Part shown: piece by piece, positions 26,160 to 41,731 of the stretch | Layout of the letters: the number at the start of each line of letters is the position of its first letter | Numbering within the stretch: position 1 is the first letter of the stretch | Program-made: the position numbers and the translations under genes | Notes under the pieces: generated by a model | Database searches by the model: none | What the model was told of the DNA's origin: nothing | Seen by the model: the letters and a program-made list of their open reading frames with translations, nothing else | Origin: Octopus vulgaris | Taxonomy: Eukaryota | Length of the DNA stretch: 64,000 nucleotides | Direction of reading: 5' to 3' | Assembly: GCA_951406725.2 (NCBI GenBank) | Contig: OX597825.1 | Location: forward strand, 13,826,001 to 13,890,000

Positions 26160-26870
26160 AATGAGAACTTTGATGACAACCAAGGACATCACACGGGGAA
26201 CGAGGCAGCAGGTTGGGTACCGGTTTGCCCTGGACTTGCACAGCTTGCATTTCCTTTGTGTACCTGCAATCTTGTTCTGTTCACAGGAGGTGGAACCTCT
26301 TGGTGCAGCTTCACCAGGCAGGGGCAGTCATGAGCTTGCATTATCCATGTGTCAGGATCAATCTAAAAAATTCTTCATTGAGGCCTTCAGTGTGTCCTTG
26401 AAATGCATTTTCTATCCATCTTGTGTGCATTTTGCCTTCTGCCAATCTATATATATAAAGCTGAAGTTGTCTGTGTATGGCAGGTTTGGCAGCCTTCAAC
26501 TAACACTATCTCCTCCAAGACCCTGCGGCGAAAGTTGTCCAAAATTGAGAGTATGATAGAAGAAGGCTTGCTTTTCCTTCCGTAGAAGAAAAATTTCAAA
26601 TCGGACCATGTTAACACCAAAAATTATTTACATCAAAAAGATGCTTTTTTCTATGAAAATCCCTATTTTTTACGATTTTTTGACTGCTGTGTCGCCATTT
26701 TTCGGTGTATTTCAATCAGAAAAATGTTCACTTAAAGAGAATAACAAGCTACATAATGCAAAATTTTTACTTTTCAAAAATTCCAATTCTAAAGGGTCGA
26801 AAAGAAAACAAGCCCCAGCAACGCCGGGCTATACTGCTAGTTCACTATACAACAGTCTCTTCGGGAGCTC
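26160..26870 (-). pseudogene. RTE-type LINE ORF C-terminal fragment, split by a Helitron
   Basis: With 26446-26840 removed the minus strand reads LPKRLLYSELAEGK...FKDTLKASMKNF/IDPDTW...EQNKIAGTQRKCKLCKSRA (frameshifts, stops). Confidence 0.8.
26446..26840 (+). mobile_element. Non-autonomous Helitron
   Basis: 5' TC (TCTATATATATAAAG), subterminal hairpin AGCCC..GCAACGCCGGGCT, 3' CTAG, inserted between A and T with no TSD. Confidence 0.88.
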
Positions 26871-27829
26871 ACACTTAGATTACGTTTATCTCGAGACGGA
26901 ACAAGAGAAAGACATAAAGTGTAACGCACATTTAGATCACTCCTACATCGACATGAACTAGACAGCGAAAAGCTAATTGTCTTGACTGAGACAAAAATTA
27001 AGTTAGTTTCTTAAGATTAATAAATTAGCGTTTTATTTTAATTTTATAATAATGGTAATTATTATTTAATGTACTTGTATCAGAACTGCTTAAAATTAGA
27101 CATGTATTGGCATATATATTGTGTAATTATTTCTAATAGCTAATTAGTCCATTGAGAGATATTAGACAAATATTTGGGGAATTGGCAATGTCTAAGTATT
27201 GGAAGATTTTTTCTTATTTTTATTTCTGATTTTCTGAGATTTGATTTTGTTTTATTTTGTTGGAGAATTTTTGTATAGATTCAAATCCCTTAAGACTCTC
27301 TCTCTCTCTCTCTCTGGTTGATAGCTTGCAGCTAACAGGAACAACACAGAAATATGCAACAAGAACGAGAACAAGAACAAGAACAACAACAACAACGGTG
27401 TAAAAAATATCCACAAAACAACAACAACAACACTAAAAAAAAATAAAGGAAAAAAATCCTTCGAAAATAACAACTAAAATAAAATAGAAACCAGATAGGA
27501 TAATAAGTAGAACAGATATGAAACGGTAGTGTGTGTGTGTATGTGTGTGTGTGTGAAGTTTATAATTATTATGCGTTTTGCAACGAGCTAATTTGATCGG
27601 TACATTAGGAAGAAGCAGCTAGTGACTGCTCTAAGGCATAAGTGCTTACAAATGCAGAGGGGGGGTGGGGTCGGTGGAAAAAAAAAAAACTAACACATTT
27701 ATGAAATAATGAAAATAGATATTTCTAATATGTTTGCAGTCATTTGTCTAATTACAGTTTTGTCTCTTTCATCCCGTTTACAATATCTCTCTGCATAATT
27801 TTCGCTTTCTCTCATTTCTTTATCCTCTT

Positions 27830-28324
27830 TTGTTTGTTGTGTATTTTTCTCTCTCTATCTTCTTCGTTATCTGGTTGACTCTATCTTATTCCTTACCTCT
27901 TTCGTCTTGCTATCTCTTGCTTTTTCTCTTTCTCTCTTTCTTCCTCTTTCTGTCTTTCTTCTCTCTCTCTACCTCTCTCGCTTCCCTCTCTCACTGTGTC
28001 TCTCTCACTCTTCCCCTTTCTCTCTTTCTTTCTCTCTACCTCTCTCTCTTTCTCTCTTTCTTCCTCTTTCTGTCTTTCTTCTCTCTCTCTTCTCCATTTC
28101 ATATTTTTTGTACCATTTCTTTCTCCATTTTTCTGTCACCCATTTCTCCCTTCCTTTCTCTCCCTTCCTTTCTCTCTCTTCCTCTCTGTCTGTCTCTCCC
28201 TCTTTTTCCCCCTCTCTCTCTCTTTCCCTCTCTCTACTCCATTTCATACTTTTTTTTCAACCATTTCTTTCTCACTCTATCTTTTCCTGCAATCCATATC
28301 TCTCACACTCTTTCTCTCTGTCTG

Positions 28325-28391
<67 letters not shown>

Positions 28392-28392
28392 A
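27830..28392. repeat. Polypyrimidine (CT-rich) tract
   Basis: Direct reading; a 40-nt block recurs at 27931 and 28051. Confidence 0.9.
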
Positions 28393-28592
28393 CTGGTTCT
28401 CTTTAGTCTCAAAGACTTCCCAACTATGTGAGAAATGAATTATTTTCTGACAAATGCACGAAAGTGGAACAAAAATCTACAACAAAACAAAACAAAACAA
28501 CAAAAACAAAACAAACAAAAACAATCCCAGAAAATGCATCAACCAAAGCAGAAAACTTAAGGAAAAACGAATTAGCAAATATGCATGTGCTG

Positions 28593-28657
28593 TCATCATC
28601 ATCATCATCATCACCACCACCACCACCACCACCACCACCACCACCACCACCACCACC

Positions 28658-28718
<61 letters not shown>

Positions 28719-28774
28719 CCACCAGCACCACCACCACCACCACCACCATTATCATCACCACCACCACCACCACC

Positions 28775-28805
<31 letters not shown>

Positions 28806-29860
28806 CCACCACCACCATCATCACCACCACCACCACCACCACCACCACCACCACCACCACCACCACCACCACCACCACCACCACCACCACCACCACCACC
28901 ACCACCACCACCACCACCACCACCACCACCACCACCACCACCACCACCACCACCACCACCACCACCACCACCACCAACACCACCACCACCACCACCACCA
29001 CCACCACCACCACCAACACCACCACCACCACCACCACCACCACCACCACCACCACCACCACCACCACCACCACCACCACCACCACCACCACCATTATCAT
29101 CACCAGAACCGCCAACACCACCAGCACCACCACCACCACACCACCACCACCACCACCACCATTATCATCACCAGAACCACCACCACCACCACCACCACCA
29201 CCACCACCACCACCACCACCACCACCACCACCACCACCACCACCACCACCACCACCATCGTCACCACCATCATCACCACTGCCGTCACTGTTGCTGCTGC
29301 TTCCAGTGTCACTGATGCAACTGCTGCCACTGCCACTACTGCTGCCACCATCAACACCATCACCATCCTCCCAACCACTATCATCATCATCACGAACACC
29401 ATCACTGTAATTATTATCATCGTCATCATCATTACCATCATCATCGTCATTATCATCACCACCACCACCACCATCATCATAATCATCTTCATCATCATCA
29501 TTGTCGTCATCATCCTTATTATCATCATCATCGGCATCAGCATTAATATCATCCTCATCATCAGCATCATTATCCTCAGCATCACCATCACCATCATCAT
29601 CATCACCATCACCATAATCAGCAGCAGCGTCTTACTCATCATCATCTTCATCATCACCACCACTATCATCATCATTATCAACATCATCATCATCATTTTC
29701 GTCTTCGTCGTCGTCATCATTATTATCATCATCATCAACATCATCATCATCATCATTATCATCATTAATAACACCATCATCATCTTCATCATCATCATCA
29801 TCACAACCATCACCACCACCACCACCACCACCACCACCACCACCACCGTCATCATCGTCA
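28593..29860. repeat. Very long (CAC)n tract followed by degenerate (CAT)n
   Basis: ~670 bp of nearly pure CAC, then ~590 bp CAT-rich. Confidence 0.95.
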
Positions 29861-30329
29861 TATTTTAGCATGGATTTTGTTTTTTTACATTACTGAATAA
29901 TATTCACATTGCCTCCACTTTGTGGCATCGCTGTAATTCATTACCGTTTCTGTCTAATTACTTCCAGAATGGCATTCAATCTAATGCCATAATTAAAAGA
30001 ACAGAATCAGAATCTTTTAAGGAATATACTTGTGTGTTTCTTCAGTGGGACTTTGGCTGTGTGGTAAGAAGCTTGTTTCTCAACCACATAGTTCTGGGTT
30101 CTGTCCCACTGTGTGGCACCTTGTACTATAATCTCGTTGGCCAAAACCTTGTGAATGGATTTGGTTGATGGAAACTGAAAGAAGCTCGTTGTATATATAT
30201 ATATATAGCTTGCTTACGAACCACATGGTTCCGGGTTCAGTCTCACTGCGTGGCAACTTGGGCAAGTGTCTTCTGCTATAGCCTTGGGCCAACCAAAGCC
30301 TTGTGAGTGGGTGGTGGTGATGGTGGTGG

Positions 30330-30369
<40 letters not shown>

Positions 30370-30491
30370 AGTGGTGCTGTGCTGGTGGTAGTGGTGGTGG
30401 TAGTGGTGGTAGTGGTGGTGATGATGATGATGATGATCATGATGATCATGATCATGATGATAGTGGTGGTGGTGGTGGTGGTGTTGATGGC

Positions 30492-30525
<34 letters not shown>

Positions 30526-31227
30526 GTGATAAAGTGGGTATATATAGTGGTGAAGACAGAAAGGAAGGTGCTGAAGTTAGGCCTGTGGAGAAGAAAGAAA
30601 ATAAAATCAATGTCATAATTAAAAACAGCAACAGTGTTTAAATTTCCACATTTCAATTCCCAACGAGTTAGCTTCTTCATCTCATTGAAATTAATTATAA
30701 AGGTTTTATATGTCTGATAATGTTTGCATTTGAACAATGGAAACTGCTGCAGAATATAATAACGACATTATGACATTTTGAAATATCTTTCAAACCTTCG
30801 TTTTCTGTTCTAGATATTTTTAGAACATTTGTTCCAACCAATTTTGACATTGACCAAACTCACGATTGTCGTGGATATTACATTGAAGAATGAGATATTG
30901 AGGTTTAATGACTTGATAAACAACTGAGCAATTGATTTCTGTGGATATATTTTTATAGCGTCTAAACACTGATTATTATGTACGCAAGTTGTTATTACTC
31001 ATTGCTTTGCAGTTGGTGGAAATATTTGTTGATCATATCCATACCTTTCGTAAATTGTTCAAAGCGAAAAGTCTTCTTTTAAAGTCTGTGTTTTGTTGTC
31101 TATGTGTTGAAAGACATATCGAAAGACACAGAGACGCACTCACACATACAGACACAGACACACACATGCATACACACATGAACACACACCACATATGAAC
31201 AAACAACCAGTGTGAAAGTAACTGTAT

Positions 31228-31262
<35 letters not shown>

Positions 31263-31331
31263 ATGTAGGTATGTGTATTTATATATATATATATATATAT
31301 GTACATAGGCATGTATGTATATATGTATGTG

Positions 31332-31388
<57 letters not shown>

Positions 31389-32179
31389 GCATATATGTAT
31401 GTATGTATGAGTCTAGATAGATAGATAGATACAGATACACACACACACATACACACACATATAGATATAGATATATATGCATACATATAGCCTTTGAAGT
31501 CTGTGCTATGATGTGCTGACAGACATGCACTTAAAATTCCCACGTTTTTAATCAAAATTTGTTAGTTGCTAAGGTGACAACACTACCTATTAATCTCTCT
31601 TTCATACTCTCTCTCTCTCTCTCTCTCTCTCTGACAGTATTTCTCTCTCAATACCAGTTTTTCTCCTCCCCTTCTTCTTTCTCTCTACATAAATGTTGTC
31701 ATGGATAGACAGATAGACATAGATCAGCTTCTCTTTTATTATAAAAGATGTGTATGTGTGTTTATGCGTGTGTGTGTGTGTGAGTAATTATTAGATTAGC
31801 ACGTGCTATCCAGCCACCTCTATTTCCAAATACTGTTCTAGAAAATATTTGTTCGAAGATGCAGTTCAATGGGGGGTGGGCAGGTGTGGCTGTGTGGTAA
31901 GAAGTTTGCTTCCCATCCACATGGTTCCAGGTTCAGTCTCACTGTACGGTACTTTGGGCAAATGTCTTCTACTCTATGCTGAGGTCTACCAAACCTTTGT
32001 GGATTTCCTGCACAGACCTTCAAAAGAGTGGACGTGTTTTTTATTTTCTTTTTTTCATGTTTCCATCTTTTCTCTCTACAACGAAAATATTTCTCCCAGT
32101 GTTCACTATTTTCCTCTCATTCTGGTCTAAATACCCTCCATGGTTGTTTTTGTTTGGTTCCCTTGTATGTCTCCACTGT

Positions 32180-32426
32180 ATGTTCCTTCTCAAGTCATGC
32201 CAGGCTCATAAGGGCCGGCTTTCTGGTTTCAGGGTCGTAGAAATTCCCCACCTGGACGGGACGCCAGTCCGTCACAGGATTACTCATTTTTGCCAGCTGA
32301 GTGGACTGGAGCATCATGAAATGAAGTGTTTTGCTCAAGAACACAATGCATCGTCCGGTCCAGGAATCGAAACCACAACCTTACGATCATGAGTTCAACA
32401 CCCTAATCACTAAGCCACGTGCCTCC

Positions 32427-32428
<2 letters not shown>
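32180..32428 (-). mobile_element. tRNA-derived SINE (head H2, tail T3)
   Basis: GGAGGCACGTGGCTTAGTGATTAGGG...GGTTTCGATTCC head; tail GCCGGCCCTTATGAGCCTGGCATGACTTGAGAAGGAAC. Confidence 0.85.
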
Positions 32429-32522
<94 letters not shown>

Positions 32523-33337
32523 ATGCTAGCATGGAAAGCAGACGCTAAACGATGATGATGATGATGATGAACGATATATATATATATATATATATTTGTG
32601 TGTGTGTGTGTACTTACATATAAGAGAACAAAGTGTACGTATACCGCTATATATATATATATATAAAATACAAAATGGGACAAGAACGCAAAACATCCGG
32701 ACAATTAGGTGATACAAAAAAACAAGGACGGGTATTCTAAGATTTCTTTCCTCGGTCAAAAACCAGATCATCCTCACAATTTCGTATGTATGTATGTATA
32801 TAATGGATCTTGTCCGCCTTTTGCCATCTGCACTAGCTGTGTACATGCTTGAAGCTTAATACTTCCTAAACTTGGATCCCAGGGTCATACTTACCTACTA
32901 CGATTTGCTTCCACCTATTGTCTGCATCTACACACACACACACACATATATTATGTGTGTGTGTGTGTGTGTGTGTGTATGTATACCTATGCATGCATGT
33001 ATGTATGTATGTATGTGTTTGCATCTTCATACACGTGTATGTGTGTGCTTGTGTACAAACTCATTTCATAGATGCATAAATACACAAACGTGTTTGCGTG
33101 TTTATCATCAGCAGACTACATGCAGACAGGCTGCCTTGTTAGGACTAATTAGTGCATTTCACTGATGTTGCTTCGTTATATTTCTTAAACACATCATTAG
33201 TAGTTTATTCAACTAAAACAATTCCCAAAATCAACTGCTTCTGTCCAACTGTATAAATTATATACGGCTTCAAGAATTTGCTCATCAGAGTGTTCGTTTC
33301 ATAAATGTCCAAAACATACACACACACACACATACAC

Positions 33338-33368
<31 letters not shown>

Positions 33369-33573
33369 GACACAAACACACACACATACACATACACACA
33401 CACACACAAGCACATACACACACACACAAGCATACATATGTAAAAGTATAAAAACATATGTAAATAAATGTATATTTATATATGTATGTGTACGTGCATA
33501 TATATATACATGTATATATATGCATATGTATACATATGCATATATATATATATGTGTGTGTGTGTGTATATAT

Positions 33574-33616
<43 letters not shown>

Positions 33617-35317
33617 TGCATATGTATATATATACATATATATATTCATATACGTATGTGTGTATACTTATGTGTACATATCTATATAAATATATATGCA
33701 TATATATGTGTGTGTATATATATATGTATGTGTGTATTTATATACATATGTAAATACATATGTCCACACATATGTCCATAACGTATATACATACATATAT
33801 GAATGCACATGTGCATATGTACATACATACGTAAACGGATCTCAGTCTGTTTCTATGAGGAGTATTCTGTGATTCAATCAATAGGACTACATACTCACTG
33901 GAATAACCATTGTATGTATGGGTGAGTATTCCACAGATTTGCATACTCTCAATATATTCTTTTGTCAAAGTCACCTTTGAGAATTTGTGAAGGATATATT
34001 TTTTAATAACAAATCCAACCCAGTGTAAAGGCTGCCTTACATTCTCCATCTACCCCCACTTGCCCTTAGTGGTATGCAATGTGATTAAACTTTGTTTTGA
34101 TTCAGCCTTGCTCCATCATCGCTGCCCATGTGGTGATGTTTAGTCTAAAATGTTCAAGTGTAAGGAGTGTGCTTTGCACATGTAATTATGCATGCAGGGA
34201 GGAGTTTAGCTAACTTGAAGGAATCTCAGAATGAGTAGAAAATATTTTAAACTCTTAACCAGGACTATCATCATCATCGTCATCATTTATCATCATCATC
34301 ATCATTGCCACCACTGCCACCACCACCACCACCAACAACAACAATAACAATACCACCACCACCACCACCACCATCTTTATCGTCATCTTTGCCACATCTC
34401 ATCATCATCATCGTCGTTGTCGTCGCCATCACTACTACCACCACCACCACAATCACCACCACCACCAAACTATCACCACCACCACCACCATCATTATCAT
34501 CATCATCATTGCCACACCCCATCATCATCATCATCATCATCATCAGTAACCACAGTAAACTTTACCATCATTAAAGCCACATTAAGTGAGAGAAGTACCA
34601 CCGTTACCACCACCCCTACCACTAACAATATAACCACTCAATATTACCATCATCACACACACTCATGCACACACATACACACACACACACGCTGCAGATC
34701 CGGTGGGAAGGTTCTGTCAATTAAATCCCCTTCAAAACTCGACTGGTTGTCATTGATATTTTCCTTTGCTTTTTAAAACGGTTTTCATTGGAGAAACCCT
34801 TCGAGATTATTCCGATTCCTGCACTTGAATGGTCAGCTTCAAAAACTATTGATCAATACTTGTGAGATTTTTTACGAGTAGGAAGGGATTTCTAGAGCAT
34901 TGATGTCTTGGGAGAAAAAGGCCCATCATAAAGGGATTAATGGAACATCTAATGGTGTTGTGACAAATTTAAATATTGCAATGATTGAAGTGGCTGTTGT
35001 TCGCTTCTGATTTAAGATGTCAAATTATTTCGGGTTTCTGTTTATTTTTATGGTCATATGATTCCATCATCATCATCATTTCAATGTCCACTTTCTCATG
35101 TTTGTGTGGTTCGGAGTTTATAGGTGAGGTGTTCATCTTTGTCACTGACCCTTGTCTGTTTCCAAGCGAGATAATATTTCCCCCATCACCAGGCACGTTT
35201 CTATAGAATTTTTGGAAATGATTGACGTCGCTTTTGTATGACGGTGACATTCATTTAAAGCTATCATGCAGTGTCAAGACAAGTAGACACAAACATACAC
35301 ACACACACACTCACATG

Positions 35318-35349
<32 letters not shown>

Positions 35350-35351
35350 CC

Positions 35352-35395
<44 letters not shown>

Positions 35396-36289
35396 AAATG
35401 AGGACATATTATTCCAAACTTACAGGGAAAAATTCAATTTAGAAATACTAAATCAAATTTCACAAAATATGATATATATATATGAATTAGAAAAATATAA
35501 TGTAATTTTTCATTATTGAATTGATAAAAGGTGTTATTTTATATATATATTAAAAAAATCAAAAATGAAGAAGAGGATATCAAGTAGTAATGCAGTATGA
35601 CCGTTTCAAGCAGCTAAGTACCTAATTCAACTGAATCTCAATTATATCTTTATATATATATACGCACACATGTATATACATATATATGATGAAATTTTAT
35701 TTAAAAATAAGAAAACTCTAATATCATGACAAATTGTTTCATAACTAAAAAGCATGTAAATAATTTATAGTTTATAGTTTATAAAAACTAAAGGTTTTTA
35801 ACAGGTTTCTAAAAGATTTTTGTATTCAGAACTTCTAATTCAAATACTTTTCCCAAATTTACTTGTTTTAAAGAAGCACTGATTCTATAGAATTTATCGA
35901 TGCCATAAATTCAATGATGCAAAGTGATTACGAGCTTCTTAGACAAATGGTGAACCTTTTATATTCTTTACAGTATTTTCATGACTGTATGGATGCATTA
36001 TTCTAGAAATAGCTTCTTGCATCTATCTCTTGTTTATTCCCTGTAAATGGTGCTTCCACAGTTAAAGCTTAGATCAGATCTTTAAGAAAGGCAATACATA
36101 AAAACCTACCAGGATAAAAATTAAATGACAGTAAATATTTGTTGTTTTGTTTTTCCAGTGTGTGATTTGTGAAAATAGGTGTGTGATTTTATTTTTAAGA
36201 CTTTTAGAAATGTATCCATCATTTGTTCTTTCGTAGAAGATTTAGTGTGTTTAGCACTGAAAGCAACGGAGACTAAAGGGTTTGAAAAC

Positions 36290-36518
36290 TCATGGTTGTG
36301 TGGTTAAGAAGTTTGCCTTGCAGCCGTGTGGTTTTAGGTTCAGTCTTACTGTACAGGACCTTGGGCAAGTGTCTTTTATTATAGCCTCAAGCTGACAAGT
36401 ACTTTGTGAGTGAATTTAGTAGACAAACTTGGCACCTTGGGTAAATGTCTTCTATACTCTTGGGCTGACTAATGCCTTGTGAGTGGATTTGGAAGACAGA
36501 AACTGAAAAAATCCCACC

Positions 36519-36616
<98 letters not shown>

Positions 36617-36820
36617 TTGTCCCCCCAACATCGCTTGACAACCAATGCTGGTGTGTTTACGTCCCCGTAACTTAGTGATTTGGCAAAAGAGACTGATAGA
36701 ATTAGTACTAGGCTTACAAAGAATAAGTCCTGGGGTCAATTTGCTCGACTAAAGGCAGTGCTTCAGTATGGCCACAGTCAAATGACTGAAACAAGTAAAA
36801 GAATGAAAAAATAAAAGAAT
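36290..36820 (+). mobile_element. SINE family A with duplicated 5' part
   Basis: CCTTGGG(C/T)AA(G/A)TGTCTT..CTTGTGAGTG segment occurs twice before a normal body and tail. Confidence 0.85.
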
Positions 36821-39636
36821 ATATATCTACATACACATACACTCACACTCAGGTCTACATGTTGTGTGAGCGTTTGTTCAATCACCCCACTTAACAGCTG
36901 CTCCTGATCTGCTTAAGTCTCTGTAATTTAGCAGTTCACCAAAAGAAGACTGACAGATTAACTGGCAAACATCATCATCATCATCATCGTTTGACGTCCG
37001 CTTTCCCTGCTGGTATGGGTTGGACGGTTTGACTGGGAACTGGCAAGCCAGAAGGCTGTACCGGGCTCCAATCTTGATCTGGCAGCGTTTCTACAGCTCG
37101 ATGCCCTTCCTAATGCCAACCACTCCGAGAGTGTAGTGGGTACTTTTTACTAGCTACCAGCACAGGAGCCAGTCAGAGCAGCGGGGGCTGGCATCACAAA
37201 AAAACTTTAAAAATAAAAAAAAATTGAAAAATAAAATAAATACTGGAATTGACTTGTTTTACTAAATCTTAAAAGGTGGTGGTCCAGCATGGCTGCTGTC
37301 CAATGATTGAAACATGCAAAATTAAAGAACAAAAACAAGAAAAAAATTGATAAAAAAAAAGCAGATAATCTTTTCAGTTCAGAAATTCAATCATAATTTG
37401 TAACGAACCATCCAAAAACAAAAACAAAAAGGGGTGAGAAGGGTGGCGTGGGGTAGTTAAATAGGGTCTCATGCATTGAATCCATTCATTGATCTTCAGT
37501 CTTTATTCTTCGGTTTAACAATAGAGAAGGTTAAGGAATTACATAATTACCTTTGAATTCATATTGAAATGCTTAATTAATTAGACAGTGTATAAAGAGG
37601 CTGAAAAGTCAAGAGAAGACAAATACAAGACAATCTGAAGAAATGGTAAAATAAGAAGAAATGTTATTATTTAAGGGTTAAAGGTGTTTGGTGAGTGTGT
37701 GTGTGTGGGGGGGGAGGAATGAATGTGTGATATTGAAGGTGAGTGAAGGTGGAGTACCGACCGGTGTTTTTTGATAGATATTTTTAGATGTTATTTGTTT
37801 GTTTTGAATACTGTGCTTTTGTTGTAGATTATCTGAAATTTTCTCTCTCTACTTTCACTTTCGTTTTGTCCCATTGTTCTGAAGGTTTCAACTGCTTTCA
37901 TCTTATTTTATTTTCTTCTTCTTCTATCTCTACACCTTCGTTTTGTTCAGTTCATATAAACACTTGGCCACATGCACACACACACATATACAAACACACA
38001 CACACACACACACACACACTCACGTATATAGCAAAGAAATAATAAGCAGATACATACATGTACTCACACTGATATTTATGTATGTATGTATGTATGTGTA
38101 TCTGTGTGTTAATCATCGTCATTTAACGTCCGTTTTCGATGCACATTCTTACATACATTGAAGAACACACAGATGATACACACACATAAATTTTATTGAT
38201 TTATTTCCACACAGAAAATAAAAGAGAAAGCAATAGAGAAAGGCTTATCTGACATTATCCAATAAAGGTGATTCTTTGATTCTTTTGAAAAGTACTTGTA
38301 CAGAAAAGACTTATATGGGATTATTGTGGTGTCTTCTTTTGTCTCTTCTGAAGTTTGCTTTTATTAGTCGTCTCACCTTAATACCAGAAAGCTTTCTTTT
38401 GACTGATTCTAAAACCGTTTGCCCCTAAACTGTTCTCTTGGGAAAACAAACTAAGGAAATTGGTGTTTTCCTCACACAAAAGAAATGTAAAGATTTCTTT
38501 GTAGTTTTTATGTAAAGTATATCTGAAGTCTTCGTGACATTTAAACATTAAAACATTGAAAAGGCACAAAGCAACAGACTCATCTCCAACGTACGAGAGA
38601 GCAGACACATGATCTTGAAACACTGATGTAAATTATTGATTTATTGATGACATTGAGATATTAATATAATTTTCCCTTTTCTTATTCTTAAATGTTTAAA
38701 CAGCCCAAAGTTTGATATGACACATCTGATGATAAATGTTTTCTAAAGCCATAGAATTCATACCGATACTCCTGCAAGGAAACCATTACATATTGTTAAT
38801 GTATATTGTATATTGTGTTCTTCGTAAGGTAACAGGACTATTTTATAAACTATCCAATGCTACTTTCACTTTCAGGAATGTGGCCACTCTCAGACCATAA
38901 ATCATTGTTTTATCGTTGTTGGTGATGCAAAGTACATTGTAATTGTCCATTGTTACTCCTAATGTCAAGAGGATGTCCACTATCGTATTATAAATTATTT
39001 TGTATTATACAGCTGTTGGTGAGAGGAATAAATTAGAATTCTTCACTGCAGCACATTCTGTCAGAATTACTGCCAGTACAATACCATAATTCTGCATTGT
39101 CGGTTCCAGTATTATTCTATAAATTCTCCAATGTCACCCTCATTATTGTATGATATATTTAGTGTTGGACTAAATGTTTAGTGATGTTTGATTGCATCCT
39201 TGTCCTTATACAGTTTGAAATCCAGTTAAGTGGACTTTGCTTTTCACCCTTCTGGTCACCATCTTCGGCATCAGTATTTAAAACCCCTTTTCCTAGGCTA
39301 GCTCGGGTTGCATGGGTTTGACAGGAACTGATACACCAGAGAGCTGTGCTGAACTACAGTGCCTGCTTTGGCATGGTTTCTCTGCCTTGATGCCCTTTTT
39401 GGTGCCAACCACTTTACAGGGTGTAATGGGTGCTTTTTTTTGTTTTTGTGACACCAGTACTTAATGAGGTTGCCAAGAATTCACAAGACAAGCCCCCCTC
39501 CCTCCGCCTCAAGGATTTGTTTTCTATTCTCTCTGCGGCACATCTTTCACACAGTTACAGCTTTACTTTCTCATCCGTTTGTCCATTCATTTACAGCGAT
39601 CATATAATGTCAAGACAAGGAGACACAAACACACAT

Positions 39637-39690
<54 letters not shown>

Positions 39691-40089
39691 GCATATGTAC
39701 GATGAGCTTTCAGTATCTGTTTAGCAAATCTATTGGCAATGCAATGGGACTGAACTTAAAAAGATGTATTTGGGAACCCCACTTCTTAACCACAGACTCA
39801 CAACTGTGCCTAGTCATGCCAAAGATATATTAAACAATTGATTTATTAAATAATGTTTCCTCATTTCGGTACATGACCTGCAATTTCGAAGAGGAGAATG
39901 GTCAGTGCTATCGACCACCTCAACCTCTTGAATGTTATTTCATTTTATTGTACCCAGAAAAATAAAAGAGAAGTCGATCATGGTAGGATTTGAACTCAGA
40001 GTGAACAGAGCAGGAACAAATTACATCAAGGTATTTTTCTAATGCTCTAATGATTCTGCCAATTTACTAATCTTTGACTGGTCAAATCG

Positions 40090-40447
40090 TGGTACTCCAT
40101 CAGTTACAATGATGAGAGTTCCAGTTGATCTGATCAATGGAACAGCCTGCTCATGAAATTAACGTGCAAGTGGCTGAGGACTCCACAGATACGTGTACCC
40201 TTAATGTAGTTCTTGTGGAGATTCAGTGTGACAAGGCTGGCCCTTTGAAATACAGGTACAACAGAAACAGGAAGAAAGAGTGAGAGAAAGGTATAATGAA
40301 AGAGTACAGCAGGGTTCGCCACCATCCCCAGCTGGAGTTTCGTGGAGCTTTAGGTGTTTTCACTCAATAAACACTCACAACACCCGGTCTGGGAATTGAA
40401 ACTGCGATCCCACGATTGTGAGTCTGCAGCCCTAACCATTGGGCCAT
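40090..40447 (-). mobile_element. tRNA-derived SINE (head H1, tail T2)
   Basis: Colinear with the 24096-24479 copy. Confidence 0.88.
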
Positions 40448-41423
40448 CATCAAAGAATCTCTTACAGTAAAGTTGATGTTGATGACAGCAATAATCTCTT
40501 CTTTTATCTTCATCATCAGAAAAATCTTCAAGTGTTTCCTTCACCATTCCTAAACTAATACCAACTCCTGCATAGTAACGGAGGTGGCTGCTTTTTACAG
40601 AGATGCATAGAAAGTGATATGTATGTTGTGATGTATGCTGTCTGGGAATATGCAATATGCATGGCTCATGCCGCCAACAAGTCAGATACTTTCATTTAGG
40701 TTAATAATATCATAATTATTATTTACTTGTCATTTTATAATTACTGATATCACACAATTTCTATAATCATTGCTAACATTATTTATTATATCATAAAATC
40801 TCTGGTTTATCAATAGCTGCTTTGTAAGATATTTTCCTGGTAATGTTATTACTGTATTCATGCTTAGCACATTTTATGTTGCTCAACCGATCCCGATCAG
40901 TTTTTTCCAACAAGTACTCGGATCAATATCAATAATGAGAAATAATCCACCATTCCTGAGTTGCTATATTAGATAACTCTTGGATCAAAACAAGGACGTA
41001 ATCCTGGATAAAATATTATCCAGTATTGGAATATTTATATTTTCTACTTAACTCGAATTGTGGATGTGTGGTTAGCTTGCTCTCCAACTACGTGGTCATC
41101 AGTTCAGTGCCATTGCGTGGCACTTTGGGCAAGTGTCTCTTACTATGACTCAATTATGCTTCTACAAAGTAAACCTCCCACACACACACACAACTATGTA
41201 CACGCGTACACACACACACACATATCAGCATCATCATCATCATCATCATCATCGTTTAACATCTGTTTTCAATGCTAGCATGGGTTGGACGATTTGACTT
41301 TTCGAGCCTACGCTCTTGCACAGAAAGGAACACAGAAAGAAACAAGGAGAGAAAAGAAAGAATGTGTAGTGGCTAGCGATCTAGATAGATTGATAGATAG
41401 AAAGGTAGATATACATACGTACG

Positions 41424-41467
<44 letters not shown>

Positions 41468-41679
41468 TATATATATATAGATATATATATATATATGTAT
41501 ATACATATACACAGCACACACTCTCTCTCACACACAAGCTTTCTGTTGATTCAAAGTTATGGCCATTCTGTAAAGTGGGATTGAATTCAGAATTATGTGA
41601 TTGCAAAACAAACTTCTCAACTTTACAGCTACATGCGCATATAAAACATATATATATATATACATATATATACATACAT

Positions 41680-41731
<52 letters not shown>

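Noticed and set aside
26608-26961. 117-aa non-repetitive ORF
   Set aside because: Crosses the Helitron 3' end into antisense LINE and flank; a chance ORF
26880-27480. Possible additional minus-strand UTR exon (acceptor TTGTTCCTGTTAG near 27332)
   Set aside because: No convincing donor; evidence too weak to call
28428-29868. 295-427 aa poly-Pro/poly-His/poly-Thr ORFs (extensin- or formin-like)
   Set aside because: (CAC)n has no stop in any frame and shows no synonymous codon variation
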